Positions 26,092 to 38,385 of a DNA stretch of 64,000 bases are shown in pieces. Under the pieces are notes generated by a model. That model made no database searches, was not told the DNA's origin, and was given only the letters and a program-made list of their open reading frames with translations. The DNA lies in assembly GCA_021613535.1 (NCBI GenBank), contig CP075492.1, forward strand, positions 2,976,001 through 3,040,000, read 5' to 3'. Within the stretch, counting starts at the first letter, position 1. Each line of letters starts with the position of its first letter. The translations under genes were made by a program, and so were the position numbers. This DNA is from Adineta vaga (taxonomy: Eukaryota > Animalia > Rotifera).

Positions 26092-27257
26092 CTAAAAAGA
26101 AAATTAATTTACCGCAACATTTTTTACAATAAAGATACAAACTGAATGATTTATCGTATGTTCTGAAAGTTTTCACCCAGAATAATTCGTTCTTCACTAT
26201 AGATAGAGTCAATATTGAGAATAGTTCATATGTAATAGACTAAATCACATATATACAGCTGATTGAGCATGGCTGAACGTAAGATTTGTCGGTATGCATG
26301 AGATTTAGGAGTTATAATCACGTTAACCTTTCTCAGGGAGTTGTGAAATCGAATAATAACTATAGAGAGGCATTCTAGCTTAGCTTGATTGCAAAATACG
26401 GTGCGCGGAGCTGTAGAAATCTCTGCTAATACTTTTGAATTTCGAGGAAATAAATTATATCGTTGCATGAATCAATTATCTTTTCAGTCAATTGTAAGAG
26501 ATTTAGCAATTGCTTTTTTCGAGCGTCCTTTTGTTTTTTTTATAGAAATACTGCCTTAATTTACCGAAAAAATCCATATTTTATTTTGAGTAAATAGATT
26601 ATCATGTTCAGTTACTCAGCTCTTCAATACTCTTTGTCCGATAGTTGATCGACGCTCTGTTCTTCAGATTTGAGAGGTCAAATAATCTGTCGAGAGAAAG
26701 AAACTCAGTAATACGTTACAAAGGGCATCCGATTAATAAATCGAATGGTTTTCTCTCAATTCTAAATGAATCTTTTCGGGTAATTTTGAAAAGAATATGA
26801 TTTTTTTAAATATATTTTAATCTTACTTGGGATATTATGTATTCATAGGTATGTGAAAAGAAAGAAATGATTGTATTTGAAAGCCACTCATCCGATATAT
26901 GAGAAGAAAAGGAAAAAAATCAATGAAGCATGAAAGTTAAAATGATATATTAAACAGATTCAACGTTCCTTTTTTATCTTCTATCTTATATAATTTTATC
27001 AAAGATGATTTAAGAGACAAATTCTTTCATCTTCCTCAACATAAAAAATTGTGAAAAATAAAACGATTTCATTCACAAAACTTGAATTATTATTTTTTTT
27101 CAAAATCGTGCAATCATTGTTTGAAAAAATGGAAAAGAATACATTAGTAAAGGTGATGCAAAAGTACATGTCTGTTTATTTTTTTTACAGAATTTCGCAG
27201 TTGGTGATGAATTAAATAATATTATGAAATTCGTTTTTTTTTGTTTTATACTTTTTT

Positions 27258-28146
27258 GGCACTAGGACAATTCGTCGCACGGACTATTCGTCGCATGGAT
27301 AATTCGTCGCAAGCTCATTTTTGTTAATTGATGTACCAACATATGTGATTAAATTAATGAGTAATTATTCCATTTCCAATGGACTTGTGAGAAACATCAC
27401 GTTGAATTGCGAGAAAATCGACACATGAAAAATGATCGGAAACTAAAGTGTCAAAAAATCCAACAAAGATTTCAGTTTTAAGAAAAAATCTATCCATCCT
27501 ATTATGAAACAGTATTTCCATTTGATATCAAAACTGAAGTGGTTTTTTAATGTTAATATTGTAAATTAAATAGCGCTGAACGCAATAATCCAATAAAAAT
27601 ACTCTAGAAGTAGTCTGACTAATTTGATGAGACTTTCTTTAATAAAATGTGCCTATCTTTACGTTATAAAGCTCTTCCTTTTGTTGGTGAATATCTAAAG
27701 ACTTTGTCAGAAAATTCAGATCACTTCGCATCGATGATCGTAATATTAAACAAATACGATCATAAACATATAGTTGTAAGAGAATTACGGCTCCGATTGA
27801 TACTACTAGTTTTTATCAAAAATACCAAATAATCTATAAGTTTTGTTATGTAATTAGCTTTAGAAATTTCCATATACAAATTCTATTGAATAAAAATACT
27901 TCATAAACTATTTTCTCAAATCATTGAAGTTTTCTTCACTTATTCATTACTACATATTTTTTCCACTAGTCTGTTTCAATTTTCGTAAAATAATTACTTG
28001 TGTGTCATATATTTTATCACTGTTATGAAACATTTCTCTCTCTTTCTCTACCTGTATGTTACGTTAATCTTGTTACAATTAATTCAAATATTGTGCGACG
28101 AATTGTCTGACGACGAATTGTCTATGCGACGAATTGTCCAGTCACC
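27258..28146. mobile_element. Non-autonomous DNA transposon with GG..CC termini and 8-bp TSD (Merlin/MULE-like)
   Basis: Three tandem ggac(a/t)attcgtcgca-like units at each end, inverted. TSD actttttt at 27250-27257 and 28147-28154. The empty site is visible in the duplicate near 21495-21510. Confidence 0.88.
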
Positions 28147-28952
28147 ACTTTTTTCATCGTACATCAGAAAATTATTCTGGGTACTTTGATTTTTCTCTAC
28201 TCCCCTCGAGATCGAAGCATCTATTATCGAAAGCCATTAATGCGACTGAAGATGTAAGTTCTCAAAACAAACGCATGCATATAAAAATATGAAGAAAAAG
28301 AAATTCAGCATGCGTTTCAGTCACACTAAGGTTTCTTCTTTCCAATTCGCTTAATTACTATATGGGCAAGGTTGAGAGTTACGGAATTTCAATTTTTCAA
28401 CTTGGGAGATATAACTTTATATCTCCTCAATAACAAGAGAAATGTATCTGAATTTTTAGGCATATACGAAGATTAATTAGTTGTATCAGTGTTGAAAATT
28501 TCATTTAGTTATCATAAGCCATAGTAAAGTTATTTAAAAACCGTCGTCCGTTACGGAATCTAATCATTTTCCTCTTTTCCATGGAGGACAGTTTAGTGCA
28601 ATTCTGTATATGTTTCATACAAGCCAAAATTTGAATAAATCAATTTCGTCGGTAGAAGTAAATATTGACTTTTTAAGAAAAGTTTTGTTAATGTTTACTT
28701 CATTTTGTCTATCAATTCATCTATAAGAGAACCGAGATAGATGAAATTGCGTCTCAGTTAATGTTGGTCTACAATCAATTTAACAGTTTAAACAATTGTG
28801 TTGCTCAGAAAGAGACGAAAAATAATGACAATTTCGCTGTTTTATTTTGAATAAATAAACCTTCTCTCTCTTAGAAAGACTTCGTATACAAACACATACA
28901 AGCAATCTATCTGCATTTGATTTTCTTCAACCATCAAAGTTGGTAGTGAACA

Positions 28953-29349
28953 ATGATTAATATGTTTTTTATCATCCTTTTCATTCTGAAAGTTTCTGTC
29001 GTTGATCTTAGCCATTTTTTTGGTGGAACAATAACAGCGTAAGTTTTTGTTATATTCAATATATGTTGTTCCAAATGTATATATTGTAGGCGTCCTTACA
29101 ATAATTCACAAACGACTGGTCCAATACCGATGATAGTGCGTGAACGGTGGTCATGGCGTATCACTTACTATGCTGTAGCTTCATGATGCACTAATGCGAT
29201 CATTGCTGCACAAACTCCTATGATTGGTGATAGTAATTCAGTCTCATGTATATCTGGAGCGGCTTGTGGTAGTCATTGGAGCACTGGTGCTGGTACGATG
29301 AACACAAGTACCTGGTGTACTGATTTTAATACTCCTCTTGTTACCATGT
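28953..29349 (+). pseudogene. 5' part of second copy of the SHFxGGT surface-protein gene, truncated by an LTR
   Basis: Near-identical to 22385-22783; has its own TGA near 29183; homology stops at the LTR end. Confidence 0.8.
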
Positions 29350-29647
29350 ATTAGAGAGAGACAAATGTGTTTCTTTCGAATGTTCGTAGTTTATTTAGAA
29401 AAAATGTAAAAACACGCGCACACGTCACACCACTCTCTTCTCTCTCTCACTTTACTGAGAAAAACATGTATATATATATAATCACACAAAGAAAAGTGAA
29501 TACACATATATCACGAATAAAGAGAAGAAAGAGATGATATCATCAAAAGAAAGGATCTAGGTCGAGAGAGAGATGGAAGATGAAAGACGAGATCAATGAA
29601 AAGAAAGAGAAGACTAGAATATGAAGAGATAGGTGTCGCCTGTAACA
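29347..29647 (-). repeat. Putative 3' LTR (~300 bp)
   Basis: Minus strand TGTTACA...TAATACA with AATAAA near its end. The outer end is fixed by loss of homology to the duplicated host gene; the inner end is inferred (no second LTR to compare). Confidence 0.55.
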
Positions 29648-29895
29648 GTCGACCCAACGCGGAACGATGTGTGTCCGCACACATATATCTGACAGAACGA
29701 AAGAAAAAAGTTTAACAATGAACGCGACAAAAAATAACGAAAAAAAAACAAACGAGGAAAGGAAAGAAAAATATCTATATGTGTATATGTATATATATGT
29801 TCATATAGAAAGAACGAGAAAAAATAACGAAAAAAAACACGCGTATACATTTCAAACGATGGAAGGAAAGGAAAAAAACATATATGTCTACATAC

Positions 29896-31458
29896 CTAAT
29901 GATTTCTTCTCTTCTTCCTCTTGCTGAATCGATAATAATGATCTTCATCGAAGCTTCGACTATGAAAAAGTTCTTCGAGTTGATCAGCTGCTGTTGGACT
30001 TTTCACTCCAATAAATACTTTTCCATGCTTGATGTTGATGTTCAAAAATTGGATGTTCTTTGATCGTAATATTTGTTTGATGTGAGCATGTTTGAATAAT
30101 CGATGGACAGGATAAATGACTTCTGATCGATAACGATTTGATCGGCGTCGACGATTACTTATTTGATTTGGTGTTGGATTTTCCTGTAAATATAACTGTG
30201 GACCCAAATAATAAGAATTTCTTGCCTTTTGTGATTCATCCTGAGCATGAATTCTCTTTCTTTCTTCTGGTATTGGATCAGGTTGTGGAAATGGTCGATG
30301 AAGTTTCATAACTTCTGGAAATTCGTCATCACTTATTGGTTCATATACATGTGGTGTTGGTTGAACTTTTTGTGATGGTGATTCCATTGGTTCTTCTTCC
30401 ATTTCGACGGGCGATGATTCATTTTCATGGTCGAATATACCTATATCAAAATCAGATGGTGTTAGTTCAAGTTCAATACTTATCGATTCTTGTTGGCCTG
30501 GATGTTCCTCTTCTCTTGAATCAACATATGCATGAGCTTCAGGCTCATCTCGATTTGGTGGTTTTAATTCAACTGATGGTTCTTGTTGAGTTGTTGATTC
30601 GACTGGAACATCTTTTTCATTTTCGACTGTTGCTGGTGGTGTTAATACAAATTTAATTAAATTCATATCATAAGCGATTTTTGTAACAGCGAAAACATCA
30701 TTAATCGCATATTCTTCTAACATATGTCGATATTTTGTTTCTTCCTGTACACGATAATCATATTCTCGACCATGGACGTATTTCGGCTTATATGTGTCGA
30801 GAGAACGATCGATACCACATGACCATTTGGCTAGTGTAGCTGTTTTATCTAAATACTGGCCGAATGTAGATTTGATCACAGCTTGTAGACCATATAGTTC
30901 ATATCGATCATATTCATTTTGAACATTGACGCCATCTGCTTTGATTTGACCACTAAACAAATTCAAATTCATAAATGATTTTAATTCGTCAGCTACGTAA
31001 CCCCAAGCATAAATACGATTGTTCGATGTGAAAATAATCGAACATAATTGTCGAATTTTTATAAATAACGGCGAGCTGATTGGTGGTAAATAATTCACTT
31101 CTATTATTATAACAATAGATGGTGAATTTGGACGAATGAATTCGACTTGAATTGTTGCTGCTGAAATTCGATTGTATGCATCGCCTTCTGTATCCAATGT
31201 GTAATTAAACGTTAATTTTGCTTCATCGATTAATTTATCCATTGTTTCCATGTCGGTTTTTTCATGAATATAATAACGAGAATAATTTTTTGGTTGTTCG
31301 AATGGTTTTAATTTTCCTTGTCGACATAATTCTTGTAATTCACGTTCTTTTTTTGCTTTCTTCGGGTTCCATCGTTCATTTCGTCGTAATAATTCTTCTA
31401 ATGGTGGAATGTATCGATCATTATAATATTTTCTTGGGCATGAACTCTTTCGGTCCAT
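29896..31458 (-). CDS. Retroelement ORF3: DEDDy (RNase D-like) 3'-5' exonuclease with acidic/Pro-rich tail
   Basis: ExoI YTLDTEG, YGLQAVI...YLDK...W, ExoIII YAINDV. Polypyrimidine tract + ttccag acceptor 1 nt before the ATG. Confidence 0.75.
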   Translation of the reverse strand: MDRKSSCPRKYYNDRYIPPLEELLRRNERWNPKKAKKERELQELCRQGKLKPFEQPKNYSRYYIHEKTDMETMDKLIDEAKLTFNYTLDTEGDAYNRISAATIQVEFIRPNSPSIVIIIEVNYLPPISSPLFIKIRQLCSIIFTSNNRIYAWGYVADELKSFMNLNLFSGQIKADGVNVQNEYDRYELYGLQAVIKSTFGQYLDKTATLAKWSCGIDRSLDTYKPKYVHGREYDYRVQEETKYRHMLEEYAINDVFAVTKIAYDMNLIKFVLTPPATVENEKDVPVESTTQQEPSVELKPPNRDEPEAHAYVDSREEEHPGQQESISIELELTPSDFDIGIFDHENESSPVEMEEEPMESPSQKVQPTPHVYEPISDDEFPEVMKLHRPFPQPDPIPEERKRIHAQDESQKARNSYYLGPQLYLQENPTPNQISNRRRRSNRYRSEVIYPVHRLFKHAHIKQILRSKNIQFLNINIKHGKVFIGVKSPTAADQLEELFHSRSFDEDHYYRFSKRKKRRNH

Positions 31459-32008
31459 CCTGGAAACAAATTCAAAGAAAACGAAGAAGAAGAGAGAGAA
31501 AAAAAGAAAAAAAAAACTTCCCTTGTTGATGTTTGTTGATTGTGTTTGTTGATGGTGTATGTTGATATAATGAGTCCAATTATTAGCTAATATATCTAAA
31601 GTGTGAAAAGTAAGTGAATATCTTCAGGATTTACATGAACCCTCTGCCATCGTTCCATTTGAGTAAAATGGCTATAATAAAATGGGTATTCTCTATACCT
31701 CCATATAAGAAGAAAAACACTTTGTTATTCTGATTCGATAAGTGAGATGTTCGATCGTAATATATGGATCGATTTGGAAGATAAAAGAATTGTTATATAT
31801 GTAGTAAAGCGGTGAACTCGAATAGACAGGAAAGATAAAAGATCCTAGTGAAGAAGTATACGGTGGAATAGGTGTAAGGAAAGAAAGAAGATATATGTAT
31901 ATATAGTGGAAGGAAAGGAAAGAAAAGAAAAGACTGTGAATGGCTTGTAAACACGTGTGTTATCCATTTAATATATATATATAATTCGGTTTATTAATCC
32001 AAATATAT

Positions 32009-34947
32009 TTAGTCCATGTTTTTCCGTTCAAACAGGGATATGATGACATCTATTGTAACTTGTTTGATAAGTGTCGGTTTTTTAATATGTTGAACGATGA
32101 ATGTTTTTGTACCTAATTGTCTTATAATGCGGAATGGTCCTTCGTATCGAATGTCAAATTTGCTTCGACGATTGAGTGTTTTGATAAGTACTAAATCATT
32201 AATTTTGTGCGTCGGATTCGTTCGATATCGATCATATCGTTGTTTGTATTTCATCTGACGATATAAAATATTGTCTTTTGCTTGTTCGGCTAATGTCGAC
32301 AGGTATTGTTGTAATTTGTAAGAGTGTTGTGGATCTTGTGTAAGTGAAACGACGGGTCGTTGTTGATCGAAGGGTAATGTCGGTGAGCGACCGTACATCA
32401 TTTCGAATGGAACTTGTCCGGTTGTTGAATGGATACTAGTATTGTAGTTGAATGTGACGAAAGGCAATTGTTCATCCCAGTTCGTTCGATTTTCATTTGA
32501 TAGTGCAGCTATTTTTGCATCCATTGTTGCATTATATCGTTCGATTTGTCCGTTTGTCATCGGATGATAAGGTGTGGAGTATAAATGAGTAACACCAATT
32601 TTCTTGAATAATTCAGTCATCATCGAAGCGGTAAAATGTGTACCATTGTCGGTGAGAATGCATTTAGGAGTTCCATATTTAAGGATCACCTCTTCAGTAA
32701 CGAATTTTGCTGCTGTAGATGCGGTACAATCACGTACTGCTTTTGTAATGATGAATTTTGACAGGACATCGGTTAATGAGATGATGTATCTGTTTCCATT
32801 TTTTGTGGTTGGCGTTATTGGTCCATGAAAATCCATGGTAAGTAGTTGCCATATTCCTTCTGGTGGTTTGATTGGTTTTAATAGACCTGGTGGCTTTCGT
32901 CGTGTGTGGTTGTTTTGTAAACAAGGAATGCAACTTTTAATATGGTCGCGTATGTCGGATATCATATTAGGCCAGAAGTATCGTTGTTGAATCCTATGGA
33001 TTGTTCGATCTCGACCAAAATGTGCTCCATTTGCTGGTGTATCATGATAAATTTTTATAATGTTTGATCGAATACGTCCTTTGGGTACGTAAGGTACTGG
33101 TGGTGTTGAGTTTTTCATTAACATATCATCTTGTACAAAGTATTCGTGGAACTTGTCAATGTTCATCGTAATATGTTTCGTTTCTTCGTCTTGATGCTGT
33201 AGTTCCTGGAGTTGTTCGTGGGTGAACGGTATGATTCGATTGTCGATCTCCACCGGCTGATGGTGTTGAATATTCTTCTGGACGCAGGAACTGTCCTCTA
33301 GTGAGTCATCGTTCCTCTTCGGTTGTCCATCGTGGGATTGATCGATCGGATGATCGTTGTTCTTCTGGTCTTGTTGTTGTCGTTTCATTTGAGCTCGGGT
33401 GGTGACGGATGTTATGATAGATGTTACCAGCGAGCTTTCGGTTTGTGTTGTTTGCGATCTCGTAGGAACGTAATCGTCTAGATCGTCGGATGCGTTGTCT
33501 GACGGTGAACGTGATAGATAGTCTGCTACTGTATTGTGTTTTCCTTTGATATATCGAATAGTGAACTTGTACTGTTGCAGCTTCAAACGCCATCGTTCGC
33601 ATTTGGAATTCAGTTGCTGTTTTAAGTTGAATGGTAACAGAGGTTTGTGGTCTGTTTCGATTATAAATTCCCGTCCATCTAAATATTTGTGCCATTTTTC
33701 AATTGCATGTATAATGGCATAACATTCTTGTTCCGTTGCGGGCCAGTTCATTTGTGTTGTTGTAAATTTCTTCGATAAGTATGCTACCGGTAAATCTCCA
33801 TTCGAATGGGTTTGCATCAGGACAGCTCCTATTCCGATTTTTGATGCGTCGGTTTGAATTTTAAATGGTAGATTTTCATCGGGTATGCGTAATATTAGGT
33901 CATTTGTTAATATTTGTTTCAATTCATGGAATGCATGAAGTTCGTCGTCTAATAGTTGAATGGGTACGGCTGGCATTTTGTTTGATCGTTGTTCTTTCGT
34001 AGTAGGTGCATACTTGTACAGAGGTTGTGCTATCATAGAAAATTTTGGTATGAACTTGCGATAATATTCTGCTGCCTTGACGAATCGAAATGCTTCCTTT
34101 GCTGTTGCTGGTTGAGGAGTTTCCAATAAAGCATGAATATTGTCAGCGTTCGGTTTGATATTCCCGTGTTCGATGTGATGACCTAGATAATCGATCGATG
34201 TTTGAGCTATGTGGCATTTTCCAACGTTGAGACGAAAGTTTGCTTCGTGTAATCGATTCAGAATATCATCCAGGTGAACTAAGTGTTGATCGAAAGTTGG
34301 TGAATATATGATGACATCGTCTAAATATGCTAATGCGTATTTCCATCTTGTAGGTCCGAGAATTTGACTAACAATACGTTGAAATGCTGGTGGACCGTTC
34401 GTAACTCCTTGTGGTAACACTGTAAATTGATAATGTTGATCTCGGGTTGAAAATGCTGTTTTTGGTCGATCTCTCGCATCCAACCCAACTTGAAAATAAC
34501 CCGATTTGAAGTCAATCGTTGTATAATAACCGGCTTGTGATAAATGGTCAAAGATGTCGTCGATTCGAGGTATTGGAAATGCATCCTTCGTCGTGATGGC
34601 ATTCAGTTTCCTATAATCGATACAGAATCTAACTGAACCATCTTTCTTGCGTACTAGAACAATCGGTGAAGACCAAGGAGATGTTGATTCTTCGATCACA
34701 CCTTGTTTTAATAACTTATTTATTTCCTCTTGTCGAATCCGTTCGTCCTTGTACGAGACACGGTATGGTGGAGTGAAGACGGGTGGATGATTACCAGTCT
34801 CTAGTGCATGCCGAACCGTTCCTTTGATAATAGATGATTTGCGAAGATCAAGTAATTTGCCATATTTCCATAAGATTTTTTGTATTGCTTGTTGGTGATC
34901 TTTGTTTTGTATGTGTGATGTTAATTCTTCGATTTGTTCTCGTATAT
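32009..34947 (-). CDS. pol: Pol: reverse transcriptase, RNase H, integrase
   Basis: SPWSSP...RFCIDYRKLN, PQG, YLDD; TDAS...E-x-ECYA...TDHKPL...NTVADYLSR; HHCC, D-D-E (MDF, TDNG, ERYN), GPF module. The first ~30 codons of the track ORF (to 35038) come from flanking DNA. Confidence 0.95.
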
Positions 34948-35982
34948 GGGTGAATCCATGAGGACCCAGCCACTTTTTGGAAAGGTCTTTTTTTTCGATT
35001 TTTTTTTCTTCAAAAGGTTGATCTCGACTAGAAAACACTTTTAGTTAAAAAAAATTAAGTACTCTTACCCAAAAACTCCGAGTTTTTGAGCATTTTCTCG
35101 GAACACCTATGGTGTATTTTTATATATAGAAAAATGTCGAGAAAAAGCGTGGAACTTCTTTAAAAGTATTCTTTTTGGAATTTTTTGGTTTTCAGAAATG
35201 TAAACAAAGTCTAGAAACATGTTTCCTGAGGAACATCAGACCAGTTCTATTGAAGGTTTCGGAGGCTCAGTCATTTTTCTCTGAACATATCAATAGATAT
35301 ATTTCGTCAACCTAGATTGTATTCAATTAAATTGAATAATTTTTATTTTCTTTTACTCGTGGAATACAACAACTTCCATGACACTATCCTAACAGAACGA
35401 AATCATACTAACGACTCTGCCCTGATAACTGAAAAGATTTGCTGTTATACTGTCTTTCACAAATGAGACCATGGAATCGAAAGAGACATTACTATCGAAA
35501 TGATAGATTTTCTAGAATACAGACGTTTAGGTTGCATAGTGTATTTTGTACGAAGTATTGTAAATGAAGAGAACAAAATATGAAAGCATAAAGCAGGATT
35601 ATTTCCTTTTCTATAATAAGAACAAATTCAATAAACAAAATGGTATAATCGTCATAGAAATATTCTTTTATGATTTTACAAGGTGAGCAATGAAAAAGAA
35701 CTGCGTTGTTTTTCTTTGATCTATACAAAGACGAAGATTGTTCACAAGGAAGAGTGTTTATTTTATTGAACAAACGACGCGTGGGAAGATAACAAGAGAA
35801 TATAAAGTTGATAAAGTAAATTGCCGATATAAATGATGAAATGTTTAGTAATTCTAAAATATGGCACTGTTGACTAGAGAATTTAGTTGAGATTGGAATT
35901 GATAGAAATATAAAAATAATATCTATATATATGTTTTCTTATTTTATAGAGAAGAAAATAGAATTAGTAAATGTATAAGTAA

Positions 35983-36468
35983 TTGAGTGTGGGTGTGGGT
36001 GCGGGTGCTGGTGTATTATTATCGTTATTACTATATGGATAAACCTCAATTTCAATATTTGACTATCGAAGGAGCTCTTTAGCTTCCTTACCATATTCAA
36101 GGAACTGTTTTGTTGTTGTCAGTTTTCTTTTACGAATTTCATACTGAAGGGTGGATTTGGCATTGAGGCTGTAGGTGTCAGTGGCACAACCAAGGGGAGG
36201 CAAATAGGCAATTGCCCATCTTGAGGGTAGGTGTGGCTCAAGGTATCTCTTCTTCACCCACCCACCCACACCTACACCCTATTCTTTAGAAGTCATTTAT
36301 GTAATATAAGATTTACAACGACTGTAGAGATATATTACTTGTAGAAATAAAATACTGAAGACAATAATCTTTATTTCATTTTCTTCAAAATCAAATGTTA
36401 ATATTGAGAGAAAAGTTTAGGGTGTGGGTGTACTATCTTATTCCACACCTAACCAACCACACCCTCAA
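35983..36468. repeat. Cluster of three telomere-like elements plus an hAT-like terminus
   Basis: 35983 ttgagtgtgggtgtgggtg; 36220-36280 reverse copy of the gaagaagagataccttga hairpin; 36416-36468 tttagggtgtgggtg...cacaccctcaa; 36179-36218 cagtggcacaaccaaggggaggcaa...gcaattgccc. Confidence 0.65.
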
Positions 36469-38164
36469 CTACGAACAGATATTGTGTGTAATGCAGATAA
36501 TAAATATAATGGAACTTTCGATAAATGTATAACTCTTAATACAGAAAAGAAAGCGATTAAAACTCATCTTGAAAATTGCTTTGAGAAATATATGATATAT
36601 TATATGGGAATGATGAAGTTTGAAACAATTAATAGGAAAATAATTGAAGTTTACCTTGGTTTTACTGTGATCAATGAGCTGATCTTTATGAAAAACAAAA
36701 CAAATTTGGATATGAGTTAAAAGATTTAATCAAATCATTCATAGTGTTGTTTTATTTCTTGAACATATTTATAAATATATAAAACCATCAAAAGAAATCG
36801 AATTCTATTCAATTTTAATATATCAAGTTTACAAATATCATTTAATTAAAATTACATGCAAATCCTCCAGGTGGGTTTTTCTTGCTGTCATTTTTTGAGT
36901 ACAAAAATATCGATTTAAAAAAGTGTATTTTTATCTTATATTAAACTCAATTTCTTTTTTATTCGCGCGACTTTTGTTGCTTACTTGATTCATTACGAAA
37001 TTTAAAAATAAATGCTGTCAAAAATATAGATTACTTATGTAATATAAGTTATCTACTCTAGTAAAATTATCATGCATTATAATATCAGTCGATAACATGT
37101 GGGAAAATACATTTTTTCTCTCAAAAATGTATTCTGTAAAGGATTTGTACTTCTAAGGTGCTGAATATCAAAGTTTATTACAGTTTCTTATTTTTATATG
37201 TATTATACAAGTACACATATCTTGTTTGAAATCTGTCGTAAATATTTTAAAGATACTTCCAATAGTCTATGGTATATTTGCTTATCATATTTACTTCATC
37301 GTAAAAAAACATTTGGCTAACAGTATTTACAAGTGATGAAATTCTTTGACCTATTTTTCTTCGTTTTTTATGTATTCATGGCTCTATATGAGAACAAGTT
37401 AAAGAAGATTTCTAGTTTTACAGCACGTTTTTTATATTGCGTATTTATATTCTCGCATTGACTAACAATTGAATCGACAAAGAATGGTAATCTATATTAA
37501 ATACGCATTCATAAATTATAATTAGAATAATTACATCCGACGATTCCCTAAAAAAAAAGAAATATATACGATATACCATTTGTACAATGTTATATACTTT
37601 GTTGCTCGTATTTTTAATCTTCAATTCAACATAATATGTTCAAGATTATGTTCTTGAAGCAAATCGTGCTAGCTTATGAGTAATTGATGATTTTGGCGAT
37701 CTATGAAAATGTTATTTCAATGAATGTCAAAAAATAACTCATGTACTCAAAATTATTAATAACTCCTCTTGCATTTTTCGATTCTGTACTGGATTTTAAC
37801 CAAAATGCTAAAAACTGTCGATTCTTTAGATTTCTCTGAATTCGTATAACCATTTGTTTAACAGTTCGATCAATCTGAAAATATATGAACGTTTTAAAGA
37901 GATGTAATACGAAAATTATTGTCAAGTGTCTGCTTAACTCTATTGAATACATAAATCAAATGATTGATTCTTGTAACGAATTAAATCATAAATAAGGTTA
38001 CAAATAATACTTTCGCCTGAATCACATTACCTTGTTTTTTAAAACATAGAGAAAAGACGTTATGTGACTTTAGATTCCATTTTTAAAAATAGATTGACAC
38101 GTGGGCTCAAAAATATAAACAGTCAGCAGGTTTTTAGACAGGCTACCTGTATATTTCCCATCAT

Positions 38165-38320
38165 TCTGATGACACAAGCAAAAATCAAGGTAAAAATTGG
38201 ATACTTTATTGTATTCATCATCATCATCGTGATATAAGCAAAATATTAGGTACAAGTTTATTTCATACAAATTATATGCATTATCATGATCATGACATAA
38301 GCAAAAAATCAAGTACAAAC
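38165..38320 (+). promoter_or_regulatory. Three ~60-bp imperfect upstream repeats, each with RTGAYAYAAGCAAAA (mirrored at ~45085-45240)
   Basis: Cores at 38169, 38229 and 38292, within 220 bp of the ABCG ATG. The regulatory role is inferred. Confidence 0.45.
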
Positions 38321-38385
38321 TTCATATATTTATATATCTATAGTTGATTTTTCTATGTATACATCAAACCAAATAAATAACTGAG

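Larger units (their letters stand above)
26042..29349 (+). repeat. Segmental duplication copy 2
   Basis: See copy 1. Carries the 27258-28146 insertion and is cut at 29347 by an LTR. Confidence 0.85.
29347..34947 (-). mobile_element. Ty3/Gypsy LTR retrotransposon (bdelloid Vesta-like organisation), 5'-truncated: pol, DEDDy ORF3, 3' LTR
   Basis: pol and ORF3 are on the same strand, followed by a TG...CA-bounded segment. gag, protease and the 5' LTR are absent; unrelated sequence starts ~34948. Confidence 0.88.

Noticed and set aside
27263-27312. Short direct repeats resembling a CRISPR array
   Set aside because: No spacers, eukaryotic context, and mirrored at 28093-28140 as transposon ends.
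34948-35110. N-terminus of the 1009-aa track ORF as genuine Pol, or a complete Tc1-like MITE here
   Set aside because: Composition changes abruptly, so these codons are flanking DNA. The putative inverted ends match too poorly to call an element.
38070-38318. Small ORF with repeated YLIFCLCH (and its mirror 45086-45304)
   Set aside because: TTG start; simply the translation of the 60-bp upstream repeat.
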